IMG/VR virus record: IMGVR_UViG_3300020109_000007
Location: 1 to 47,462 of that record
Direction: 5' to 3' (one strand)
DNA length: 47,462 nt
Origin: a virus
Taxonomy: Duplodnaviria > Heunggongvirae > Uroviricota > Caudoviricetes
Notes under the pieces: model-generated
What the model was told of the DNA's origin: nothing
Seen by the model: only the letters and a program-made list of their open reading frames with translations
Database searches by the model: none
Shown: positions 27,482 to 37,105 of the stretch, one piece after another
How positions within the stretch are numbered: the stretch's first letter is position 1
How the letters are laid out: every line of letters begins with the position of its first letter
Position numbers and translations under genes: made by a program

Positions 27482-30432
27482 GTAAAACGTACTACTCCCC
27501 TTTCTATCCTCCAATAGTAGACGGCCCAAGTGGTGTCAAAGGCACTACTAAAGCCGTTGTACCTAGCGGAGATTTTACTATCGTCAAAGACGATGTAAAG
27601 AATATAAAAGATAGAGTTGAGATAATTGAAGCAGGTGGGTTCGGAGACACTACACCTCCGCCTAAGACAATTGGAGTAGTACTTAACTCATTCATTGACT
27701 TTTATCCAGATGGAAGCTTCGTAGTAACTCTTCAGTCTAGATGGACTGCTTCTACTGCTGATGACGTGGCATACTATGAAGTAGCTGTGAAAGAAGGAGC
27801 TTCTTTAGAGCCTGTGATATTTACCGCTGGTTCTAATTTATATACTATAAGGGTCGCTCCCAACCAGACTTATAAAGTTCAGGTTCGCGCTGTAGATAAC
27901 GCAGGTAACAAAGGCGGGTTTTCAGATGAAGTTACTATAGTTAGTGCCCGTGATTTAACGCCACCCTCTAACCCTACTATAATAGAAGTAAAAGCAAGCT
28001 ATAATACTGCTGAAATAGTGTGGAATAATGGACCTGAATCTGATCTTGCTTTTACTGAAATTGTACTGTATAACTCCTCTGATGTAAGGATTGATTCTCG
28101 AAGAGTAAATGCTGCGAAAGGTGGAGGCTCAATGATCTGGACTGGGCTTGCTAGAGCCACAGCATATAAAGTTACTGCTCAAACATTTGATACTTCAGGT
28201 AATGGATCTGCTGTAACAGCAAGACATAGCTTTACCACTGTAGCAGGTATCGACGTAAATGACTTTACTCCTGATGTTCAACCCATTAAGAGAGTTGATA
28301 CTTTACCTTCGCCTTTAAATTATAACGGACCGACTATTGTTTTCAACAAAGCGGACGGTGAGTTATACAGGTATTATAACGGTGCGTGGGTAAGTGCTAC
28401 TAGTGCTGATGTAGAAAATAACAGCATTACTACAGAAAAATTAGTAAATAGCGCTGTTACGGCAGAAAAGCTAGGAATGTATGCAGTAACCGCAGAAAAG
28501 ATTGCTGCAAACGCTGTATCAACTAATAAACTCGTCGTCGCGAATAGACCCATCTCTGTAGCAGGTTTAAACATTCGCGTAAATGCAGATAGAACCGGCG
28601 TAGTATGGGACGCGGGTCAAATTACAGTAGTTAATAATGATGGTACCCAAACTACACACTCCGTTGTTGCAGCAGGCGGAGATTGGGCTTATGGAACGTT
28701 ATTTCTATATGTGCCGGGTCGGGGCTATCTAGACGCTACCACAGATATGAGCTACCTGCAAGACCCTAATCATATCAAGATAGCGCGCTGGAACGGCGGA
28801 TCGGATCTAGTATTATACGCAGGTGTAAGTACTATAATTAACGGTGATCGTATTCTTACGGGAACCGTGAACGCAAATAGACTTGTTGCTAAGTCAATTA
28901 CAGCTAATGAAATCCAATCAGGTACAATAGGCGCAGATCAAATTGCTGCCAATGCAATTACTGCAAAGGCTCTAGCAGTACAAGAGGCTGGGTCGGCTTT
29001 AAACAGAGATCCAGGATTTTCAGATAGTTCTGCTTGGAACCCTTGGAGGTTTGATAGAGCCTTGGGAAATATTGTATTTGTAGCTGACGGTAAGGCAGGT
29101 AACACCGCATATCAAGTATCCGAGAGAGAGGGGGGTGCTATAGGTACTACAAGTCCTCTAGACCCTCAAAAAACCTACAGATTTAAAGCCTGGGCTAGAA
29201 CAGCTTCAGGTACAGGAGACCAAGGCGTATATCTAGGTGTGGGTCTATTGGATGCTAATGGGGTGAATATAACGGGAGATGGGACCTTTTGGTACTATGC
29301 AGCTACAGGTACTGTGATAGGTTCTGAATGGACTCAAGTTATAGGTACTTTTGGATCAGGTACTAGCAAGCCTTTTCCCGCTCAGGCTAGACGTATGTTT
29401 CCGCTAATTATAGGAGCATACGGAACAGGAACACGAGTACACCAATTCCAAGATGTTAGAATAGAAGAAGTAATCCCGGGTACCTTAATACAAAACGGTG
29501 CAATTACTACAAATCATATTACCGTAGGAACTCTGAACGGAGATCGCATAACCGTAGGAACTTTAGACGCGTCCGCCATCAAGGCCGATTCTATTTTAGC
29601 TAGTACCATACGCGTAGGCGGTCCAGGTACTACTATAGCTTCGTTAGGCACTACAGCTACATGGTCCGGTGTCTCAGGTACTGGTAAACCACAAAATAAC
29701 GCTACTGTAGGTGCTCCTGCAGGTACCAACGTAGGAAATACAGAAGCGCAAACGGTTGCTAATAATGCGGCTACAGGAGCTCAAGATCCAGCAACACGAA
29801 TTAACCAAGGCTCTACAATAATTGACCCTGGACGTATTCGTATCGCAGGCAGTACTACTCTCTTTGATTGGAAAGCGGGCGGTGACTCTACGGACATTAA
29901 TGGTGGAAAGATCGCTGCTAATACTATTACCGCAAACAAACTTACTATTGGTGCTCGTAATATAGGTGTAATTGGAATTAACTTTGAGTATAATCCCTCT
30001 AATGGTTGGGTTTATTGGAGTAATGGTTATATCTACTATACAGGTGATAATGGTAATGTAGTAACTCAACCTATAGCGGCGGGAAATAATGGAGGACTAC
30101 CAGCCCATAATTTCTATGTATGGTACCCAGGAGAAGGGTTTATTAGAGCTATTCAAGGAGACTATCCTGATGTAGCTAATTCAATACACCTCGGTTCATG
30201 GTGGGGTGGAACTAACCTAGTCATCAATCATGGCGGTACTATTATCAATGGCGATAGAATTACCACAGGATCTATTACAGCCAATAAGTTAAGTGTCGCT
30301 AGTCTTAGTGCTCTAACAGCAAATATAGGTTTATTACGAACCGCATCTTCGGGTGCAAGACTAGAATTGGAAAGTAATCAGCTTAGAGTCTATGACGCAA
30401 ATAGATTACGAGTTAGATTAGGTATATGGTAA
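27478..30432 (+). CDS. Central tail fibre / host-specificity protein (pb4 position, J-like C-terminus)
   Basis: Two FN3 repeats (VQVRAVDNAGNKG, VTAQTFDTSGN), ITAEKI/ITANKL trimer repeats, CBM-like insert, C-terminal SLSALTANIGLLRTASSGARLE...RVRLGIW. Confidence 0.85.
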   Translation: MSKTYYSPFYPPIVDGPSGVKGTTKAVVPSGDFTIVKDDVKNIKDRVEIIEAGGFGDTTPPPKTIGVVLNSFIDFYPDGSFVVTLQSRWTASTADDVAYYEVAVKEGASLEPVIFTAGSNLYTIRVAPNQTYKVQVRAVDNAGNKGGFSDEVTIVSARDLTPPSNPTIIEVKASYNTAEIVWNNGPESDLAFTEIVLYNSSDVRIDSRRVNAAKGGGSMIWTGLARATAYKVTAQTFDTSGNGSAVTARHSFTTVAGIDVNDFTPDVQPIKRVDTLPSPLNYNGPTIVFNKADGELYRYYNGAWVSATSADVENNSITTEKLVNSAVTAEKLGMYAVTAEKIAANAVSTNKLVVANRPISVAGLNIRVNADRTGVVWDAGQITVVNNDGTQTTHSVVAAGGDWAYGTLFLYVPGRGYLDATTDMSYLQDPNHIKIARWNGGSDLVLYAGVSTIINGDRILTGTVNANRLVAKSITANEIQSGTIGADQIAANAITAKALAVQEAGSALNRDPGFSDSSAWNPWRFDRALGNIVFVADGKAGNTAYQVSEREGGAIGTTSPLDPQKTYRFKAWARTASGTGDQGVYLGVGLLDANGVNITGDGTFWYYAATGTVIGSEWTQVIGTFGSGTSKPFPAQARRMFPLIIGAYGTGTRVHQFQDVRIEEVIPGTLIQNGAITTNHITVGTLNGDRITVGTLDASAIKADSILASTIRVGGPGTTIASLGTTATWSGVSGTGKPQNNATVGAPAGTNVGNTEAQTVANNAATGAQDPATRINQGSTIIDPGRIRIAGSTTLFDWKAGGDSTDINGGKIAANTITANKLTIGARNIGVIGINFEYNPSNGWVYWSNGYIYYTGDNGNVVTQPIAAGNNGGLPAHNFYVWYPGEGFIRAIQGDYPDVANSIHLGSWWGGTNLVINHGGTIINGDRITTGSITANKLSVASLSALTANIGLLRTASSGARLELESNQLRVYDANRLRVRLGIW

Positions 30433-30441
30433 GGAGATTTT

Positions 30442-30735
30442 ATGACGGAAATTAATAACGATGATTACAGGGCAGCACTCGAACTGGTAGAAACCAAGGA
30501 GCTTCAAGTACTTAAGCAAGTTAAGGTGCATATTGATGAGTTGTGCGACTATTTGTCCTCTAAAACTTCTGAAATTAACATGCTTAAAGAACCTATGCCT
30601 TCGGCCGGAAGAGCAAATACAAATATCAGAAGCACTATTGATTCGTCTATTAGTCAGATTCAAGGTACTACTAGTCAACTAGGCTACCTTAAAGCTAGTA
30701 TAGACTCTATACTAAATCCTGCTGGTGTTCCTTGA
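30442..30735 (+). CDS. Hypothetical helical protein
   Basis: 97 aa, AAGGAG RBS, coupled to the next ORF. Confidence 0.6.
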   Translation: MTEINNDDYRAALELVETKELQVLKQVKVHIDELCDYLSSKTSEINMLKEPMPSAGRANTNIRSTIDSSISQIQGTTSQLGYLKASIDSILNPAGVP

Positions 30736-31169
30736 TAGTAGTCAGATTTAAGGAAACTTTTCGAGAGAGAATGCCTGAGTGGATTCTCTCTGCTGCGATG
30801 GTTGGGTGGGGCCTAATAACTTTAGGCTCTCCCGATCTCTTTATAACCCAGCCTTTTTACTATCCTATGCTGTTAGTTATGGGCCAGCTTGAATGGGGTA
30901 TTACCGCACTCGTCACAGGTTTAGTAAGGCTTTGCTTTCTAGTAATTAATGGGGCTTGGAGACCTTCTGCACATATAAGAGCAGTAGGCTGTTTTTTAGG
31001 AGCTATGTTATGGGGCAAGTTACTTATAGCGGCTCTAGGACTAGCTTGGCTATCCCCCATTAATGCTTTATATTTTGCTGCCTTAGTATTAGATATAATC
31101 TCTCTCTGGTTCTGTGCAGGGGATGCTAAGCTGGCAGATCTGGCAGCTAGGGGTAAAAATAAGATATAA
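30732..31169 (+). CDS. Multi-pass membrane protein (about 4 TM), possible lysis accessory
   Basis: Four hydrophobic segments; first gene of the cassette ending in the endolysin. Confidence 0.6.
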   Translation: MIVVRFKETFRERMPEWILSAAMVGWGLITLGSPDLFITQPFYYPMLLVMGQLEWGITALVTGLVRLCFLVINGAWRPSAHIRAVGCFLGAMLWGKLLIAALGLAWLSPINALYFAALVLDIISLWFCAGDAKLADLAARGKNKI

Positions 31170-31555
31170 TGGATCCTACTAGTCTACCTATCTGGGCGCA
31201 GGCGGTTCTCTACATAGTAGTAGCCGTAGGAACAGGTCTTGCAGGTGTATGGAAGTACGTCAAGACACAAGATAAGCCTGGATCAATTAATACAAATAGT
31301 GTAGTCTCTGCTAGTTTTGTCAGTGATCGTACTCTTAAAGACCTAATTGATGCTGTAAGAGAACATCAGGATGAGACTGGCAGAGACACTAAAAAGAGTC
31401 ACAGGCTGGCTCAAGACCTCAAAGATGCTGTAAATGAACTCAACGAAAGCGTGATAGTTCAAACAGATACTACTATGAATTTAGTAAGATTTATTAATAG
31501 AGAGGTTAGAAAGGATAGAAGTGACAGTTTTAGACCTACAGACGATACTGAATAA
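31169..31555 (+). CDS. Single-TM holin-like protein
   Basis: N-terminal TM AQAVLYIVVAVGTGLAGVW followed by a coiled-coil; overlaps the endolysin start. Confidence 0.5.
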   Translation: MDPTSLPIWAQAVLYIVVAVGTGLAGVWKYVKTQDKPGSINTNSVVSASFVSDRTLKDLIDAVREHQDETGRDTKKSHRLAQDLKDAVNELNESVIVQTDTTMNLVRFINREVRKDRSDSFRPTDDTE

Positions 31556-32201
31556 TTTAGGCTATTCACTTGTACTTGATGGAGATTACGGGCCAAAGAC
31601 TCGAAGCGCTCTGCTAACTTGCCTAACTGACGGAACTGATGATGCTTTAAGAAGTGTGGATATTGCAGAAGCTGCTTCTAAGCTTAAGGTAGACTCCGCT
31701 AAAATTTGGGCTGTATGGGATGTAGAGGCTGCTTCTCGTCCCTTTATTGATGGAAGACCGGCCATCTTATTCGAACCTCATATATTCAGTAGACTGACTA
31801 AGCATAGGTTTGATAGAGCTTATCCTTCTATATCATCTAGATCGTGGAATCGAAAGCTTTACCCTGGAAGTCAGGAAGGAAGATGGAATCAATTACTATT
31901 AGCTACAGGTTTAGATGTAGATGCCGGACTTTCTTCTGCAAGCTATGGAGGTTTTCAGATTCTCGGAGCAAACTACAGAGTCTGTGGCTTTAGTAATCCG
32001 TGGGATTTTGTATACGCTCAGTCTAGAAGTGAGGGTGAGCAACTTAGAGCCTTTGTAAACTTCGTTATTGCAAATAAGTTAGATCGTCATTTACAAGCAG
32101 GTAATTGGGCGGCTTTTGCAAAAGGTTATAATGGCCCTGCTTATAAAGAAAATAAATATGATGAAAAGCTTGCTAAAGCTTACAGAAATCGTTTAAGATA
32201 A
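31521..32201 (+). CDS. Modular endolysin: peptidoglycan-binding domain + N-acetylmuramidase (DUF3380 type)
   Basis: LQTILNNLGY..LDGDYGPKT; AVWDVEAA, GRPAILFEPHIF, SASYGGFQILGANY, WAAFAKGYNGPAY..NKYDEKL. Confidence 0.92.
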   Translation: MTVLDLQTILNNLGYSLVLDGDYGPKTRSALLTCLTDGTDDALRSVDIAEAASKLKVDSAKIWAVWDVEAASRPFIDGRPAILFEPHIFSRLTKHRFDRAYPSISSRSWNRKLYPGSQEGRWNQLLLATGLDVDAGLSSASYGGFQILGANYRVCGFSNPWDFVYAQSRSEGEQLRAFVNFVIANKLDRHLQAGNWAAFAKGYNGPAYKENKYDEKLAKAYRNRLR

Positions 32202-32240
32202 AATAAAAGCCGCTACGAGAAATCGTAGCGGCTATTTTTA
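32200..32240. terminator. Bidirectional intrinsic terminator between the convergent blocks
   Basis: AAAATAAA-AGCCGCTACGA-gaaa-TCGTAGCGGCT-ATTTTTA between the endolysin stop (32201) and the nrdB stop (32238). Confidence 0.9.
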
Positions 32241-33227
32241 TGACTTAAAGATGTCTTTCCAGTTTCCGGTTGTGCTAGCACGACTATACGCCGTGGCACG
32301 GTTCTCGAAGAAGTTAACGTGTTCTACTCCGTTTAGAAGTGCCGGAAGCCAAGGCAGATTACCGGGCTTACTGTGAAATATAGATTTAAGGCCTAGAGCA
32401 AGAAGCCGTCTATCAGCAATTTCTCTAATGTACGCCTTAACTTCGCCAGGAGTAATATCGAGATTCTCTAGATCAGCACCTTCAAAACAAGTGTCAATAA
32501 AAGCGTCTTCTAGCTCTACTACTCGTTCTGCTGCACAATAGATTTCATACTTAAGTTCATCCGTCCAGATATGAGGATTTTCCTCAACCATAGTACGAAA
32601 AACCTTAGTCATGCCTTCTACGTGCAAAGTCTCGTCTCTAATAGACCAAGCAACAACCTGCCCCATATTCTTCATGAGATTGTGACGCTGAAAGTTCAGT
32701 AGAATAGCAAAACTTGCAAATAGCTGCACACCTTCGGTAAAGGCACTGAATACAGCGATCGTCTTAGCGAGCTCTAAGAGGTCCTCGGTTCCAAAGTCGC
32801 TTAAGTAGTCGTGCTTATCTACCATAGACTTGTACTGAAGGAACATCTGGTAGGTATCATCAGGAAGCCCTAAAGTATCTACGAGCGCGCTATAGGCGCT
32901 CATATGAGTGCCTTCCATAGCAGCAAAAGTTCCCATCATCTGTCTCAGTTCTGGTTTCTTAAAGATTGGCAGGTAATGGTCGTAGTAACCTCCTGCTACC
33001 CCTACGTCGGCTTGTGTAAAGAACTTTAGAATATTCTTAATAAGATTCTGATTTCCAGGAGTTAGCTTTTCATTATAGTCTCTAACGTCATCAGCGAAGT
33101 TTAACTCTTCTTCCATCCAGTGAGCATGGTTTTGCTTCTTGAAATACTCAAATGCCCACGGATAGTCAAAAGGCTTGTAGTAGTTTCTCTCCTGAAAAAT
33201 AGGAGAGTTTAGTTCATATTTTTGCAT
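32238..33227 (-). CDS. nrdB: Ribonucleotide reductase class Ia beta subunit (start ATG 33227)
   Basis: KPFDYPWA, FFTQAD, MEGTHMSAY (radical Tyr), FTEGVQLF, DETLH, NFFENRATAY. Confidence 0.95.
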   Translation of the reverse strand: MQKYELNSPIFQERNYYKPFDYPWAFEYFKKQNHAHWMEEELNFADDVRDYNEKLTPGNQNLIKNILKFFTQADVGVAGGYYDHYLPIFKKPELRQMMGTFAAMEGTHMSAYSALVDTLGLPDDTYQMFLQYKSMVDKHDYLSDFGTEDLLELAKTIAVFSAFTEGVQLFASFAILLNFQRHNLMKNMGQVVAWSIRDETLHVEGMTKVFRTMVEENPHIWTDELKYEIYCAAERVVELEDAFIDTCFEGADLENLDITPGEVKAYIREIADRRLLALGLKSIFHSKPGNLPWLPALLNGVEHVNFFENRATAYSRASTTGNWKDIFKS

Positions 33228-33228
33228 A

Positions 33229-35007
33229 TTATCCCTCACAAGCTAAACATTCGTCATTATCAGCAAAACTAAACTTGAACTCATGTCGCTCTACCGCTTC
33301 ATTGATGTTCTCAGTTTTGAGTGTTGAATCTGAACGTAGATAATATAGAGTTTTTACCCCTTTCTTCCACGCTAGCATATGCACATCATGAAGCTCATGC
33401 TTGCTTACATTTGGAGCGAAGAAAAGATTTAAGGACTGAGACTGACAGATATATTGCTGCCTGTATGCAGCGTGCTCAATAATCCATCTCTGATCTATTT
33501 CATCTGCGGTCTTAAATACAGCCTTAGTATGGTCATCTAGAAACTCTAGATGCTGCACACTGCCCTTATGGGCCATAATGCTGTCCCAGACTTCCTTGTG
33601 ATTCATACCTAACTCATCTAGATGATGCTCTAGGTACTCGTTATGAAGCATGCTTGTACCGGATTTAGTTTTCTGATTGAAGCAGTTGGCTCTGTAAGGC
33701 TCGATGGAGGGTGACGTGTTACCACAGATAATAGAGCTGGAAGCGTTCGGCGCAATTGCCATCTTATGTGCGAAACGCTCCATGATTCCAAACTCGGCAG
33801 CATCTGGACACGCACCTCGCTCAACAGCAAGATCATAAGATGCTTGATTTGCCTGACTACTAATATGCTTAAACATTCGCATATTGGCACTCATTGCTAG
33901 AGTGCTCTCAAAAGGAATATCATGGCGCTGTAGATAAGCGTGGAAGCCCATAGTACCTAGACCAACGCTTCTCTCCCTCTGAGCACTATATACTGCCTTA
34001 GAGAGTTCATCCGGAGCATTCTCAATGAAGTAAGTGAGAACGTTATCGAGCATTCTCATAACGTCAGGAATAAATTCGGGAACGTCATGCCATTGATCGA
34101 ACTCTTCCAGGTTAAGACTAGACAAGCAGCATACTGCTGTTCTGTCTTCATTCGTAGGAAGAGTAATTTCTACGCATAGATTGCTATGATGTACCTTAAG
34201 ACCTAACTTCTTTTGAAAATCTGGAAGTGCTCTTTGCAGAGCATCAATGTAGATAATATAAGGCTCACCTTGCTCCATGCGATTCTGCATTAACTTGATC
34301 CACAGAACCTTAGCTGGAACAGTCTTAACAACCTGATTTGTGTGAGGATCAATTAGAGGCCAGCTATCATCAAAGCCCGGTTCTAGTGTTGCTCTCTCAA
34401 TAAGTTCCATGAACTTATCTGTAACTAGCACTCCGTGGTGCAGATTGAGAGACTTTCTACTAATGTCTCCCCCTGTAGGCTTACGAATATCTAGGAACTC
34501 TTCGATTTCTGGATGAGACATATCTAGATAAACCGCAGCACTTCCTCTACGAGTAATACCTTGAGAGAAAGCAAGCATTTCAGAGTCTACTACCTTCACG
34601 AAAGGAATAACTCCTGTGCTCTGTGAGCCCCCACTCGTATTAGTACCTGAACTTCTTACGTCTCCCCAATAAGTTCCAATGCCCCCGCCCGCACTAGATA
34701 GAAAAGCATTTTCAGTATAGTGGTCTGTAATTCCTTTTCTACTATCAGGAACATAGTTTAGAAAGCAGCTAATTGGAAGTCCCCGCTTCGTTCCTCCGTT
34801 AGAAAGAATAGGGGTAGCCGGCATAAACCAAAGCTTGCTAATATAGTTATACAGACGCTGTGCGTGAGCGTCATCATCAGCGAAAGTTCTAGCAGCTCGG
34901 GCAAATACGTCCTGAGGGGACGTCTCGCCCGGAACCATGTATCTGTCCTTCAATGTTTCTATGCTAAACTTAGAAAGAGAAGCGTCTCTACTATAGTCTA
35001 ATTGCAT
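33229..35007 (-). CDS. nrdA: Ribonucleotide reductase class Ia alpha subunit, short form with no ATP cone
   Basis: TPILSNGG, ISCF, SNLCVEI, CCLSS, APNASSS, TLYY, C-terminal CLACEG. Confidence 0.96.
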   Translation of the reverse strand: MQLDYSRDASLSKFSIETLKDRYMVPGETSPQDVFARAARTFADDDAHAQRLYNYISKLWFMPATPILSNGGTKRGLPISCFLNYVPDSRKGITDHYTENAFLSSAGGGIGTYWGDVRSSGTNTSGGSQSTGVIPFVKVVDSEMLAFSQGITRRGSAAVYLDMSHPEIEEFLDIRKPTGGDISRKSLNLHHGVLVTDKFMELIERATLEPGFDDSWPLIDPHTNQVVKTVPAKVLWIKLMQNRMEQGEPYIIYIDALQRALPDFQKKLGLKVHHSNLCVEITLPTNEDRTAVCCLSSLNLEEFDQWHDVPEFIPDVMRMLDNVLTYFIENAPDELSKAVYSAQRERSVGLGTMGFHAYLQRHDIPFESTLAMSANMRMFKHISSQANQASYDLAVERGACPDAAEFGIMERFAHKMAIAPNASSSIICGNTSPSIEPYRANCFNQKTKSGTSMLHNEYLEHHLDELGMNHKEVWDSIMAHKGSVQHLEFLDDHTKAVFKTADEIDQRWIIEHAAYRQQYICQSQSLNLFFAPNVSKHELHDVHMLAWKKGVKTLYYLRSDSTLKTENINEAVERHEFKFSFADNDECLACEG

Positions 35008-35015
35008 ATTTCTCC

Positions 35016-35888
35016 TTAATTACTTGAGGATTTAAAATCCGTCATATTACGCTCATTGAGCATTAGTCGCATACCTATATCACGCACGTTATCAGCTCCG
35101 ATTGCCTCTTCGCAATACGTTTCTAGATCCATAAGCTCGTGATTAAGGAAGATGCCTTCCTTACCAAATGCGTTTAGGTTTTGGATATAGACGTACTTAC
35201 CTGGTAGAGGTAGGGAGTCGGCAATATCGAAACTTGAGCCGTGCTCAGCAAGAAGTTTCGCAGCTGTCTTAGGGCCGACCTTTGGCACTCCCGGAATGTT
35301 GTCACCCTTATCTCCCATTAAGCACTTATAGCATAGATACTGTTCAGGTGGAACCTCGTGAGGCCAGTTGTCAACTGTAATCTCCTTACGAGTTACCGTA
35401 CTAAACCGACTAACGTCGTCCTTAACTAGGAGATCCCAGTCTCGGTCAGAACTGATAAGCCATATTTGATTAAAACCGAAATCACGTCTGCGAGTTACTA
35501 GATACGCCGCCAGATCATCAGCTTCCACGCCTTCATAGCGAAGAACTAGATGCCGCTTATCTGCTACTTCCAAGCATCGCTCATATTCCGCAAAAAATGC
35601 TTGAGACTGAAGCTTCTCTGCCTCGCTTTGAGCCTCTGCTAGTTCTTTACGATTTGCTTTATAGTCTGGGTACAGTTCTCGACGGTACCTACTGCCCTTC
35701 ATGTCGGCACAAACAATAATCTGTCCGGCATCATAGGAACGAGCCAGTGACTCGATGGTTGCTACAAATTCATCCGCGAACTTACCCACAACCTCGCTAG
35801 GCTTATATGGGCGAAATCTAAAAGCTAAATTCATAGCGTCAACAATAAGAACATTGTCGTGAGGCAGGTTTGTCTTAAAACTAGCCAT
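35016..35888 (-). CDS. 5'-3' exonuclease / flap endonuclease (T5 D15-like)
   Basis: VDAMNLAFRF, YRRELYPDYKANR, GVEADD, SSDRDWDLL, GDKGDNIPGVPKVGPKTA. Confidence 0.93.
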   Translation of the reverse strand: MASFKTNLPHDNVLIVDAMNLAFRFRPYKPSEVVGKFADEFVATIESLARSYDAGQIIVCADMKGSRYRRELYPDYKANRKELAEAQSEAEKLQSQAFFAEYERCLEVADKRHLVLRYEGVEADDLAAYLVTRRRDFGFNQIWLISSDRDWDLLVKDDVSRFSTVTRKEITVDNWPHEVPPEQYLCYKCLMGDKGDNIPGVPKVGPKTAAKLLAEHGSSFDIADSLPLPGKYVYIQNLNAFGKEGIFLNHELMDLETYCEEAIGADNVRDIGMRLMLNERNMTDFKSSSN

Positions 35889-36520
35889 TAATAATCCTTT
35901 CCTTTTATAGGGCCTGGAGCATGAGGTAACGCTTTTCCAGCAATAAGTCTACCAACGTATGCTCCTGTTATACCATATTGAGCACCTAAACTCTTTAAAG
36001 TTGGTTTATTATTTTTATACTCTGTTCTCAAGTGTAAAATGTCTTCAAATGATAGCTTACTGAGCCGGGTACTTGGAGTTTTTGGTGGAGTATAGTTAGG
36101 GTCTATATAACTCTTATTATTCAGCACATTATGTATACAAGTGGTAGAAACATTAAATTGCTGAGCCAAGTCTTTAAGTTTTAAAGTCCCTTTAGAAGTT
36201 ACCCATAAAGTTCTCAACTTCAGTACACTATCCAATGTAAGTTTACTTTGGGGATGCTCAGACCCGGAAACTCCTGTAGGCGCAATACCTTTATTAGCTT
36301 TATTTAATAACTTACATTTGTATGTGAGTCTATATTCATCAATTAATTCAGTTTCTAACTTAGATGCTTCACCTCGTGATAAACCAGCTTTTAATATATG
36401 AACCTCAAAATAATCTTTGAAAGTTACTTGATGCTCTCTAACTCTTCTTTCAAGATTGTTAGTTAAGCCTATATACATGTTATTCTCATAAAACAGTAGT
36501 AAGTAGACTACGTAACCCAC
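35888..36520 (-). CDS. Free-standing GIY-YIG homing endonuclease
   Basis: VVYLL..NMYIGLTNNLERRVREH, E in EASKLETELI, NKANKG; C-terminal HTH repeats; AT-rich. Confidence 0.85.
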   Translation of the reverse strand: MGYVVYLLLFYENNMYIGLTNNLERRVREHQVTFKDYFEVHILKAGLSRGEASKLETELIDEYRLTYKCKLLNKANKGIAPTGVSGSEHPQSKLTLDSVLKLRTLWVTSKGTLKLKDLAQQFNVSTTCIHNVLNNKSYIDPNYTPPKTPSTRLSKLSFEDILHLRTEYKNNKPTLKSLGAQYGITGAYVGRLIAGKALPHAPGPIKGKDY

Positions 36521-36942
36521 TCAATACTCTCTTTCTGAAGCCAGTCATCCATTAACATAATATAGCAGTCTAACCACGAAATGTAAAGAAATTTATCAAC
36601 CAATGCTGGTTTTTCTTCTGTTCCGACGTAGAGCTTAGATCTATTATACTTAAAGATTAAGAGGGGCTTCTGCTTGCAGGCTTTTGCCTGTTGTTTTAAT
36701 TTAGTCCACCACACAATCAGATTATTAGTCTTGTTAGTGAAAATCTTATCGGTCAACGGAGACTCTGCATAATTCTTTACTTCTATGCAGAATCTATTTC
36801 GTTTTCCGGGAATATGAAGGTCTCCTTTAATTGCTCCACATCCGCTACCAGGGGTTCGCTCAAATGGTAGTCCCGTAATCGAGACAAGTAAATCTCGTAC
36901 ATTAGACTCTCCGCGTGCTCCCTTGGCTCTTGAGTTAACCAT
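36508..36942 (-). CDS. Holliday junction resolvase-like PD-(D/E)XK nuclease (T5 D14-like)
   Basis: SRAKGARGE, ERTPGSG, KGDL, FCIEVK. Confidence 0.85.
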   Translation of the reverse strand: MVNSRAKGARGESNVRDLLVSITGLPFERTPGSGCGAIKGDLHIPGKRNRFCIEVKNYAESPLTDKIFTNKTNNLIVWWTKLKQQAKACKQKPLLIFKYNRSKLYVGTEEKPALVDKFLYISWLDCYIMLMDDWLQKESIEWVT

Positions 36943-37016
36943 GTCTTCTCCAAAGCTCCAACAAATTCATTGAAGCTCGATTCTTCCGTTAGTAAGAGTT
37001 CGTTCTCTACTTTCAT
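36783..37016 (-). CDS. Possible small acidic ORF overlapping the resolvase gene
   Basis: GGAGA upstream of ATG 37016, but a 160-nt overlap with the resolvase. Confidence 0.25.
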   Translation of the reverse strand: MKVENELLLTEESSFNEFVGALEKTWLTQEPREHAESLMYEIYLSRLRDYHLSEPLVADVEQLKETFIFPENEIDSA

Positions 37017-37105
37017 CTGCTATATTCTCCCTGCTACAGCAGTTTCCAAAGTATTTAGGCTTGTAATCTGGCTGAGTATAATCAAGAGGAAGCCAAAGCT
37101 GCTCC

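Noticed and set aside
27478-30432. Diversity-generating retroelement target in the tail fibre
   Set aside because: No near-identical template/variable repeat pair with adenine-specific mismatches and no reverse transcriptase in the window; the internal repeats are diverged at the protein level.
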